A stretch of 64,000 nucleotides of DNA from Ilumatobacteraceae bacterium (lineage in GTDB: Bacteria > Actinomycetota > Acidimicrobiia > Acidimicrobiales > Ilumatobacteraceae): the NCBI GenBank assembly GCA_964203235.1, contig CAXNLE010000001.1, positions 876,069 through 940,068 of the forward strand. The letters are read 5' to 3'. Each line of letters starts with the position of its first letter. Position 1 is the first letter of the stretch. Under the pieces are notes generated by a model. It was given only the letters and a program-made list of their open reading frames with translations, did no database searches and was not told the origin of the DNA. Shown here piece by piece: positions 56,072 through 64,000 of this stretch. Made by a program: the position numbers and the translations under genes.

Positions 56072-56245
56072 CTTGCTAATCCTTCTAAATCTTATAAAAC
56101 GAAGTCCGCCAAGCGGTTTCGTCAATCACGATCTCGCACTAACACAGGAGACTGAGCGCGCTATATTCGTGAAATCGAACTGGTGGGGTTCACACCCCGT
56201 CTGGACAGGCTACCGCCCGCCCGCCCCACTCGGACGGATCACTAT

Positions 56246-57415
56246 CTACCGCAGACGACGCATATAAATGCTCTGCATCAAACCCATCAATAGACCACTT
56301 GAAGCCAAATGCGAACCGCCATACGAGATGAACGGAAGCGGCAAACCGCTAACAGGTGTTACCCCAAGCGTCATTCCAATATTCTGAAAAACTTGAAATA
56401 ACAGCATCGTAAAATAACCGGTAGCAAGAAGCCGGTCAAATCGATTTCGTGACAACTTTGCAATTACCCAAACTCTCCAACAGATAATCGCAAAAATCGC
56501 CAAAACAACAAAACCACCGATCATGCCAAACTGCTCACCAATTGCGGAGAATGGGAAATCTTGAAACTGAACTGGGATAAACGCTCCGTTCGTGAGTGGC
56601 CCTTGCAAATATCCCTTACCAAAAAACCCGCCACTCGAAACTGCCCGCTTAGCAAAACGCACCTGCAAAACAATTCTCTGCAATGAAGGTTCGTTTGAGT
56701 TTTGATTTAGCCAAGCATCAAATCTTCTTAATTGATATTTGTCAACGATTCCAGAAATTGCGAATGCAACTGCCGAAACCGCCGCCAAGAGCGTAAACAT
56801 TACGACCCATAAACGCTTTGCACCTGAAAGCAAAAGAATGCCAACCACACCTGCGACAAGAACCGTTGCTGAACCCAGGTCAGGTTGTGCCAAAATGAGA
56901 ATAAATGGCACCGTTAAAATCAAGACCGAATAAACAAGTTCCTGATAACTAATTTCGTCTCTCGCCGCATCAGACGTGTAAGCCGCAATCAAGATCAAAA
57001 CTGTAACTTTTACTAATTCGGCGGGTTGAACCGAGATGGGGCCTAAGTCAAAAGATAATCTCGCACCACTGCTCACCGCACCGATTACAAGAACAAGCAA
57101 GAGCAAAAATATTGAGCCCGCATACAAATACACTCCGCGTTCACGAATCAGATCATGCCCGAGAGCCATAATCACGAACATCAACCCTGCTGCAAACAGA
57201 ACAAAAAACACCTGACGTTGTACATAAAAATACTGGTCGAAGCCTTGGTTCAAGAGTCGTTGTCTAGTCGCTGAGTAAACAGTAAACAAACCAAAGATGC
57301 TCTGCAAAGTTACTGCTGCCAACAAAATCAAATCAATGTTCTTCCAGACTGAGGCGACGTCGTATGTCTGGCGAAACCATTGAGAATTCTTTATTTGAGG
57401 TATAAATCTTGACAT
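56246..57415 (-). CDS. rodA: SEDS-family peptidoglycan glycosyltransferase RodA
   Basis: FtsW/RodA/SpoVE family. It follows mrdA; I prefer the start MSRFIPQ at 57415, 2 nt after the PBP2 stop. Confidence 0.9.
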   Translation of the reverse strand: MSRFIPQIKNSQWFRQTYDVASVWKNIDLILLAAVTLQSIFGLFTVYSATRQRLLNQGFDQYFYVQRQVFFVLFAAGLMFVIMALGHDLIRERGVYLYAGSIFLLLLVLVIGAVSSGARLSFDLGPISVQPAELVKVTVLILIAAYTSDAARDEISYQELVYSVLILTVPFILILAQPDLGSATVLVAGVVGILLLSGAKRLWVVMFTLLAAVSAVAFAISGIVDKYQLRRFDAWLNQNSNEPSLQRIVLQVRFAKRAVSSGGFFGKGYLQGPLTNGAFIPVQFQDFPFSAIGEQFGMIGGFVVLAIFAIICWRVWVIAKLSRNRFDRLLATGYFTMLLFQVFQNIGMTLGVTPVSGLPLPFISYGGSHLASSGLLMGLMQSIYMRRLR

Positions 57416-57417
57416 TG

Positions 57418-59598
57418 CTACTCGCGGACATCCGATGCACCGCTGACAAGACAAAGCGGGTTACGCAACCGAACTGGTTGAGCGACAATATTACTCGCTT
57501 TATCTAATGGGTCAGCCGGTAACACTCTGTCGTATTTATAACCACCATTTAATGCTGTGAAAATACACTTCACCACGGGAGCCGCCGCTTGAGAACCGTA
57601 ACCAGATTTTTCTAAATATGCATAGATCGTATACGGGTAATTTGAGTCCAAACTGAAGGCACCGAATGCCGAAGAGTCGTTCCATGGCAAGTTGTTTAAA
57701 CCCTGCACTGTTCCAGTCTTTCCGGCGATTGGCAAGGCTGCATAGTTGTAGTTGCTAAATAGATTCTCGCCTGTTGTTTTGTGATAATAATCAAACGTGA
57801 CGCCAGGTCCGGTAATCGCTCGCGCCATGCCTTTAACTATCGGCTCTCTGATATTTTCTGTCATATCAATTCGTCGTTTTGGAGAAATTGGCGCAAGGTT
57901 TTTGACAACCTGTGTAGTCGTAAAATCGGCAAAACCAGGTCGCGCATCTAGTGTCCCTGGGGCGAGCAGCGAGACAGCAACTCGGGGCTCATAAACGCGA
58001 CCGCTATTTGCGATAGCCGAATATGCAAGAGTCATTTGCAATGGTGTGACCGACAATAATCCCTGACCAATCGCAAACAAGATTTGGTCCCCAACGTAGT
58101 ACGCCTCACCAGCCTCTTCTGTGATGACACCCAAACTCGCCAGTCGCTTTTTTAATTCTTTACTTGGAATCGTCCCTGCATATTCATATGGCAAATCAAT
58201 ATTTGTCGGAGAGCCCAGTCCAAATTTTCGAACCTCCTGTTCTAAAACGGGCGCATAACCTCGCTCGGTGAGAATTTGTTCACCAATCTTGTAGAAAAAA
58301 GTATCGCTTGAAACCGCTAAGGCTGCCTCAACATTTACTTCGCCATATCTGCAAGGAAAACCAGTCGAAAGACAAATTGCATTTCTAAAAACACACTTGA
58401 CGCCATCTTGGCACCTCTCTTCTGGGATGCTCTCAAGTTTGTAAGTGCCGCGGTCTTCAAAAGTATATTTATCGCCGTTGGGCAACTGCCCGGTTGCGAG
58501 CGCAGCGTATGCGACGAGAGGCTTAAACGTTGAACCCACGTTGTACCGACCCGATATCGCGCGATTGACTAATATCGTCAAGTCTGGGTCGTCAGTTCTC
58601 GGAAACAATTGCGAAAACTTGTCTTTAGGTAATCCCCCGTCAAACCATCGTAAATCGAACCTTGGATACGATGCCATAGCAATCACTCGCCCATTATTGT
58701 GATTCATCACTACTACTGATCCGGCAGGCGCCTTGTAATAATTTACTTCTTCGTAGCGTGGGTCAGGAGTACCGTCGGGCATCTTGACTTGCCCTGCTTC
58801 AACACGACGGCGAACAAGTAATTGTGTTTCAAGTGCTTGCTCAGCAAATTGCTGAACATCTAAATCGATTGAGAGTTGCAAGTCATTTCCTGTGACTGGT
58901 TCAACTCGCTCTACGAGTTTAAGAATTGTACCTACGGCATCAACCTCGTAGCGCACATATCCTGGTATTCCACGCAACAGCGTTTCATAACTCTCCTCGA
59001 CACCGTATTGTCCAACTCGTTCGTTGGGGTCATAGCCGATTGATTTGTAGTAAAGCAAATCATCCTCAAGAATCGCGCCCATATAACCCAAGACATGACC
59101 ACCTAACGCCCCATATGGATAGTTTCGTCGCCATTCTTCGCGAACATAAATTCCGGGGTAATCCTCGACACGCTCCATAAGATAAAGCGCCAATTCTTCT
59201 GACACACCTTCGCGCAAAGGAATCGCTTCGAACGGGCCATAGCGCTCATCAAGCATTCGTTTGATCAACACTTCAACAGGAACATTGAGCGGACCCGAAA
59301 GACGTTGTGCCAACTCGTTTCTCTGCGTAGATTTGCGCACAACTGAGTGATCAATTGTGACCACAAGCGTTCGCCTGTTATCGGCGATTACTCTTCCTGC
59401 TGAATCGAAAATCCGACCACGCTCAGGCAACAAATTAATTGTTCTTGAACGCACTTTACCAATGATCACCTCGACATCTCGAGATGAAACTGCCTGCAAA
59501 AACCAAAGTCTCGCGCCCAAGATGCTGAAGAATACGATTCCTACCAAACCTAAGATAATGAGTCGCTTCGGCGCACGACCGAAATTTTGCATTGACAT
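57418..59598 (-). CDS. mrdA: penicillin-binding protein 2 (class B transpeptidase)
   Basis: 726 aa with an N-terminal TM anchor, STFKP (SxxK) and GKTGT (KTG) motifs. Its position is between mreD and rodA. Confidence 0.9.
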   Translation of the reverse strand: MSMQNFGRAPKRLIILGLVGIVFFSILGARLWFLQAVSSRDVEVIIGKVRSRTINLLPERGRIFDSAGRVIADNRRTLVVTIDHSVVRKSTQRNELAQRLSGPLNVPVEVLIKRMLDERYGPFEAIPLREGVSEELALYLMERVEDYPGIYVREEWRRNYPYGALGGHVLGYMGAILEDDLLYYKSIGYDPNERVGQYGVEESYETLLRGIPGYVRYEVDAVGTILKLVERVEPVTGNDLQLSIDLDVQQFAEQALETQLLVRRRVEAGQVKMPDGTPDPRYEEVNYYKAPAGSVVVMNHNNGRVIAMASYPRFDLRWFDGGLPKDKFSQLFPRTDDPDLTILVNRAISGRYNVGSTFKPLVAYAALATGQLPNGDKYTFEDRGTYKLESIPEERCQDGVKCVFRNAICLSTGFPCRYGEVNVEAALAVSSDTFFYKIGEQILTERGYAPVLEQEVRKFGLGSPTNIDLPYEYAGTIPSKELKKRLASLGVITEEAGEAYYVGDQILFAIGQGLLSVTPLQMTLAYSAIANSGRVYEPRVAVSLLAPGTLDARPGFADFTTTQVVKNLAPISPKRRIDMTENIREPIVKGMARAITGPGVTFDYYHKTTGENLFSNYNYAALPIAGKTGTVQGLNNLPWNDSSAFGAFSLDSNYPYTIYAYLEKSGYGSQAAAPVVKCIFTALNGGYKYDRVLPADPLDKASNIVAQPVRLRNPLCLVSGASDVRE

Positions 59599-59601
59599 TA
59601 T

Positions 59602-60120
59602 CTAACTTTCCTTCTTTCGCTCGCTTAATGTCCAGCGAGTAATCAAAAAAAATCCCGGAGAAAGAACAATATTTATTGTTGTCACCACCGCAATAATCGT
59701 TAGAAGTCGAAGCTCTAGTACTACACCTAAACCAACCATTGCTTGAGCGATTAGCAAATACATTTCACCAAAGACCGAAACGATCGCTATTGATATCATT
59801 CGTAACCACCAAATTGGACTCGGGAAAAAATATAAATATAAACCTGCGGTTGCGCCCGTGACACCAAGTGCGATTGACCCTAAACCTGCGGGAGTTGAAA
59901 CTACAAAATCAAACATTAATCCCGCGACCAATCCGACGATTGCCCCAATGCTGATACCGAACTGAATTCCCGCACAGATTACGAAAAGTAAAATTACTTG
60001 CCCTGCAACACCGAATGGTCGAAGTTCTTTGAACAATGTTGTCTGAATAGACAAAACCAAGAGAAGCACGAGCACTAATCGTGTCCAACGACTTGCCAAA
60101 ATTATCAACAGTCGATTCAA
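59602..60120 (-). CDS. mreD: rod shape-determining protein MreD
   Basis: A 172-aa polytopic membrane protein directly downstream of mreC, overlapping it by 4 nt. Confidence 0.8.
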   Translation of the reverse strand: MNRLLIILASRWTRLVLVLLLVLSIQTTLFKELRPFGVAGQVILLFVICAGIQFGISIGAIVGLVAGLMFDFVVSTPAGLGSIALGVTGATAGLYLYFFPSPIWWLRMISIAIVSVFGEMYLLIAQAMVGLGVVLELRLLTIIAVVTTINIVLSPGFFLITRWTLSERKKES

Positions 60121-61184
60121 GGAGACTTCTTCTCAGTGATTGGTTGATACAGCAAGATACGCACAAACGATAAATTCGTTAACTCGGCAGCAATTTCTAT
60201 TTCAAGCAACGGGCCGGCTGACCCAACTCTTTCAACTACACGAGATACAACACCAATTAACACATCAGGTGGTGCAAGGCTGCGCGAACCACCGGCCGTC
60301 ACTATCGGTACACCCGCCTCTATCGAACCAAATCGCAATGAGTTATCTATAAATCTCACCGTTGGCTGACGTGTCGGACCGTTGCCTTGAATGACTCCCG
60401 TTTCTCTAACGTCAAGATCACTCGCCAAGGGGATTGTGATCGAGGTCAAGCCTTGCGGAGTTGCTGGCAATGTGGTCACAACAGCTGTGAAACCGGCAAT
60501 CGGGATCGTTGTAGTTGTAGTTGTAGTCTCAGATTCAGGAGTGTTTGAAATCGGTTCAAGTGGTACCGCAGTTGAGGTTGTAACACTGGCAACGCCTTGC
60601 AAAGTTGACTCAGTTGCCTTTCGCCCCGTGCTGACAACTTTTACCGAAATCGAAAAATCAGGGTCAGTGATCAGCATCACAAACGAACGGTTATTGAAAA
60701 CTTTTGTGATTCTTCCGATGAGACCTGCGGCATTCAGAACTGGCATACCGACCCGAATACCACTCTCGGCACCTTGATTAATTTCAATCGTTTGTGAGAA
60801 ACTTGTTGGTGACTCTCCGATTACTTGTGCTGTAACTGCATTGATGCCCGCCAATGTAGGCAATCCGTTTAGTGCGAGCAATTCTTGTGACAATCGAACT
60901 GAAGCGGCGGCGGCGACCGTGGCACCCTCTTGCTGCGCGACCTGTTGGCGAAGCAACGAATTTTCATCTAGCAACTTGTTGTAATGCGTGACTCCGTACC
61001 AAGCGTTTCCAACGGGTCGTGTTATCACCCTTGCAACGCCCTCAATTGGGTAGAACAGGCTTCCGAAAACAGATCGTAAACCCGCAACTCTAGGTGAATC
61101 TTGCAAATCAAGTGTGACCAACATGATCGAAGTCAAAGTCAACAAGATAATTGCTCGTCGCTGAGTCGAGTTTTTAGCAGCCAT
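60117..61184 (-). CDS. mreC: rod shape-determining protein MreC
   Basis: 355 aa with an N-terminal anchor, a coiled-coil (LLDENSLLRQQVAQQE) and beta-barrel domains. It carries an internal Ser/Thr/Pro-rich segment. Confidence 0.85.
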   Translation of the reverse strand: MAAKNSTQRRAIILLTLTSIMLVTLDLQDSPRVAGLRSVFGSLFYPIEGVARVITRPVGNAWYGVTHYNKLLDENSLLRQQVAQQEGATVAAAASVRLSQELLALNGLPTLAGINAVTAQVIGESPTSFSQTIEINQGAESGIRVGMPVLNAAGLIGRITKVFNNRSFVMLITDPDFSISVKVVSTGRKATESTLQGVASVTTSTAVPLEPISNTPESETTTTTTTIPIAGFTAVVTTLPATPQGLTSITIPLASDLDVRETGVIQGNGPTRQPTVRFIDNSLRFGSIEAGVPIVTAGGSRSLAPPDVLIGVVSRVVERVGSAGPLLEIEIAAELTNLSFVRILLYQPITEKKSP

Positions 61185-61220
61185 TAACTGAGAGAACTTT
61201 CGCCTTGCGCTTCACTTTGA

Positions 61221-62252
61221 CTAGTCTTCGCCTTGAGGTGATGATCCTTTAATTGCGCCAAGATTATCAAGCGAGTATCCGGCTCCAAGAATCACCGTAA
61301 GTAGAGGCTCTTGTGGAATGAATGCTTGGATTCCAGTTTCATGGATGATGCGCTCCTGCAAACCTGCAAGTAACGAACTTCCGCCTGTGATGTGCATACC
61401 GCTACTAATTACATCAGATGCTAATTCAGGTGGTGTTCGCTCAAGAGTTTTCTTGATCGCATCTACAATCTTGTTCACACCATCATCAAGAATCTCTCTG
61501 ATTTGTTCAGTCGTTACTTCTTGCGTTCGCGGTAAACCAGTTGCAATATCGCGTCCACCAACGTCGCCAACAATTTCTTGGGCAAGCGGCCACGCCGAAC
61601 CCATATGAATCTTCACTTCCTCTGCCGTATTCTCTCCGATATCTAATTTAAATATTCTTTTAAAACCCGCAATAATAATGCTGTTTAACTCATCTCCACC
61701 AATACGTACCGAATTCTCGGTGACAATTCCGCCGAGAGATATAACTGCAACTTCGGTAGTGCCACCGCCGATCACAACCACCAAGTTTGCACTTGGCTCG
61801 TAAACCGGCAAACCTAAGCCGATTGCAGCGGCAATTGTTTTTTCAATGACTTCAACCGGACGTTTAGCACCGGCAAACTCTGCAGCATCTTTAAATGCGC
61901 GACGCTCGATACCTGTGATTCCCGAGGGTACAACAACAAGTAACGATGGTTTGCTCCATCGACTCGTCAGAATGCGTTGGAGAAACTGTTTAAACATTTG
62001 CTCACATAGTTCAAAGTCAACAATCACTCCATCTTTTAAAGGACGCACGAGCCTGATATTTTTTGGAGTGCGTCCTCGCATTCGCTTTGCTTCGTGACCA
62101 ACAGCAACAACCAAGCCACTTCGATTATCAACCGCGACCATAGTTGGCTCGTTCAGTACAAGACCTTGACCCTTAACAAATATCAGAGTGTTGGCAGTAC
62201 CTAGATCTACTGCGATTGCTCTACTCAGTGAGAGAGGATTTCCTCCCGCCAT
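61221..62252 (-). CDS. mreB: actin-like rod shape-determining protein MreB
   Basis: 343 aa. IAVDLGTANTLIFVKGQG.., GGGTTEVAVISLGG. Confidence 0.95.
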   Translation of the reverse strand: MAGGNPLSLSRAIAVDLGTANTLIFVKGQGLVLNEPTMVAVDNRSGLVVAVGHEAKRMRGRTPKNIRLVRPLKDGVIVDFELCEQMFKQFLQRILTSRWSKPSLLVVVPSGITGIERRAFKDAAEFAGAKRPVEVIEKTIAAAIGLGLPVYEPSANLVVVIGGGTTEVAVISLGGIVTENSVRIGGDELNSIIIAGFKRIFKLDIGENTAEEVKIHMGSAWPLAQEIVGDVGGRDIATGLPRTQEVTTEQIREILDDGVNKIVDAIKKTLERTPPELASDVISSGMHITGGSSLLAGLQERIIHETGIQAFIPQEPLLTVILGAGYSLDNLGAIKGSSPQGED

Positions 62253-62253
62253 T

Positions 62254-62679
62254 TTAGGAAATTTTCTTCTCGCTACCTGGAAAGAATATCTCTAACTCTC
62301 TCGCGGCTGATTCTGCAGAGTCGCTGCCATGCACGAGATTTTCGGTAAATAAAGTTCCTAAGTCTCCCCGAATTGTGCCAGGTGCAGCCGCCCGTGGGTT
62401 AGTCGCACCCATCATTGACCTAACGATCTCCCAAGTGTCTTGCGGACCCGACAACGCAAGAGCAACAACAGGCCCACGCGACATGAACGAAACTAACTCG
62501 GCGTAGAAGCCTTTACCTTGATGCTCCTCGTAGTGGCGAGCAAGGATATTTGAATCTAAAGTGCGCATTTGCATTGATGAGATAACCAAACCCTTGGCTT
62601 CGAATCGTGCGAGAATTTCACCGACGAGGCCACGCTCTACTGCGTCAGGCTTTAAAAGGACAAGTGTGCGATTTGACAT
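62254..62679 (-). CDS. ndk: nucleoside diphosphate kinase
   Basis: RTLVLLKPDAVERGLVGEI.. and NLVHGSDS (active-site His). Confidence 0.95.
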   Translation of the reverse strand: MSNRTLVLLKPDAVERGLVGEILARFEAKGLVISSMQMRTLDSNILARHYEEHQGKGFYAELVSFMSRGPVVALALSGPQDTWEIVRSMMGATNPRAAAPGTIRGDLGTLFTENLVHGSDSAESAARELEIFFPGSEKKIS

Positions 62680-62715
62680 CCCTTCAGGCTAAAGGATGTT
62701 CTAGAGGCTCGCACG

Positions 62716-64000
62716 TTATGGGTGATTTGTAGTTCTGCTTAGGAGGAATGGCCGAGCAGCGCTGACAATATAAAGTGATCCTGCAACGAGCACAGCATCT
62801 TGCGATTGTGCAAGTTTCAAGGCGGTCTCACATGCAGATTCAACTGTTTGTGCAACGATCACCTCGTCACAACCAACTCGTCGTGCGACCTCAGCCATTT
62901 CATTTGCGGGAAAACCGCGAGGCGATGGCGGCGTGCAAGTAATTACAATGTCAAACTCTGACGCGCGAAAAGTAGTTAATAACTCATCTGGGTCTCGACT
63001 TCGAAGCGCGCCGGTCACGAGAATCTTGCGCCCACTCATATTGAAATCTTCAAAGAACACTTCAGCGCAAACTTTCGCACCGGCCGGATTATGGGCGCCA
63101 TCTAAAATCACGAGCGGTTGATGACCGAGCACTTCAAATCTGCCAGGCATCACTACGTTTTGCATTGCTTCAGTCAAAATCTCCGAGTCAATAATTGAAT
63201 CAAAGAATGCTTCAACTGCACTAATCGCAAGTGATGCGTTATCACCCTGATGTTCACCGTGTAACGGCACAAGAACATCTTCATAGGTCGTACGCGGCGT
63301 GCGCACCGTGATTAATCGCCCACCGACTGCGAGCCGATTATCTTCACAACTAAAGTCATCACCCCGACTAATTTGCGCTTGCGCGGGCATTTCAAGAAAT
63401 ACCTCGCGTAAAATTTCATCAGTCTCTCCGAGAACGACGATGCTCGATGGTTTGATAATTCCGGCCTTTTCTGCTGCAATGTGCTTGACTGTCGGCCCGG
63501 CATATTCGGTGTGATCAAGTGCAATATTCGTGATAACTGCGACATCTGAATTAATAACATTTGTCGCATCCCAACGTCCGAGCATTCCAACTTCGACGAC
63601 CGCGACATCTACAGCCTCATCAGCAAACCAGCGAAACATTGCCGCCGTCATTATCTCGAAAAAACTTGGGCGAACTCCCGAAATTATTTCGAGATCAGAA
63701 ATTGCACCAACCTGCAAACCGAATTCCTCGTCGCTGATAGGCTCGCCATTTATACAGATTCGGTCATTGATGCGGTCTAAGTGTGGACTCGAATAGGTTC
63801 CGACTCGCAAACCATGAGCCATCAAAAGCTTCGTTGTAATCTGAGCCGTTGAACCCTTTCCATTAGTGCCCGTTATATGTATTGATCTGTAAGCATGTTG
63901 CGGATTCGCAATCGCATCCATCAGACGTTCAATATTTTCTATTGACGGTGAGTCAACTCGGCCAGTTCGCTCGTAGTTTGACCGCTCGTCAAGGTAACGC
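62716..64000 (-). CDS. folC: dihydrofolate/folylpolyglutamate synthase; N-terminus probably beyond the right window edge
   Basis: IHITGTNGKGST P-loop. The reading frame stays open upstream of the track start (63921) to the window edge, reading YLDERSNYERTGRVDSPSIENIERLMDAI.., which looks like genuine FolC N-terminal sequence. Confidence 0.85.
   Translation of the reverse strand, partial: RYLDERSNYERTGRVDSPSIENIERLMDAIANPQHAYRSIHITGTNGKGSTAQITTKLLMAHGLRVGTYSSPHLDRINDRICINGEPISDEEFGLQVGAISDLEIISGVRPSFFEIMTAAMFRWFADEAVDVAVVEVGMLGRWDATNVINSDVAVITNIALDHTEYAGPTVKHIAAEKAGIIKPSSIVVLGETDEILREVFLEMPAQAQISRGDDFSCEDNRLAVGGRLITVRTPRTTYEDVLVPLHGEHQGDNASLAISAVEAFFDSIIDSEILTEAMQNVVMPGRFEVLGHQPLVILDGAHNPAGAKVCAEVFFEDFNMSGRKILVTGALRSRDPDELLTTFRASEFDIVITCTPPSPRGFPANEMAEVARRVGCDEVIVAQTVESACETALKLAQSQDAVLVAGSLYIVSAARPFLLSRTTNHP

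Noticed and set aside
1-64000. A search for CRISPR arrays, rRNA, tmRNA/RNase P-like RNAs, transposases, integrases and toxin-antitoxin pairs.
   Set aside because: None was found by eye. The only periodic DNA is the coding ACN low-complexity tracts, and the only large repeat is the tandem duplication. Small ncRNAs cannot be excluded without covariance-model searches.

Overview
This 64-kb window looks like a tightly packed, moderately AT-rich chromosome of an actinobacterial type. That taxonomy is inferred from gene content, a SAM-IV-like leader and Thr-rich secreted proteins. No transposase, integrase, CRISPR array or rRNA was seen.

Layout:
(1) 1-7.9 kb: a translationally coupled L-carnitine / gamma-butyrobetaine catabolic operon (BKACE, carnitine dehydrogenase-thioesterase fusion, second thioesterase, acyl-CoA dehydrogenase, ADP-forming acyl-CoA synthetase, CaiD). 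It sits divergent to an acetoacetyl-CoA synthetase that runs off the left edge.
(2) 8-11.2 kb: a methyltransferase, a MocD/MocE-like membrane di-iron oxygenase plus Rieske ferredoxin, and a thioredoxin-fold redoxin. The redoxin is split in the ORF track by a single in-frame TGA sitting exactly on the first Cys of its CxxC motif, followed by a SECIS-like hairpin, so it is a candidate selenoprotein.
(3) 11.2-31.4 kb: a cell-envelope accessory island ending at tRNA-Cys.
- It contains an SGNH-like hydrolase, SDRs and a protein with eukaryote-type sialyltransferase L/S motifs.
- It contains an SxtJ / DUF5989 / carbamoyltransferase trio, an isochorismatase-family hydrolase and a PhyH dioxygenase.
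- Five tandem secreted proteins carry a shared two-Cys module, poly-Thr linkers, Ig-like modules or short collagen-like GXY runs.
- A pentapeptide-repeat protein and a polysaccharide deacetylase follow.
- A diverged ~2.6-kb tandem duplication carries a 686-aa polytopic membrane protein and a decayed deacetylase copy.
(4) 31.4-64 kb: core genes. These are L33/L28/L31B, metX behind a SAM riboswitch-like leader, tRNA-Gly, ABC-F, MoxR/VWA, murJ, proB-obg, L27/L21, RNase E/G, rodA-mrdA-mreDCB, ndk and folC (which runs off the right edge).

The item most worth follow-up is the UGA/SECIS redoxin. No Sec machinery is visible in the window, so it stays a hypothesis.
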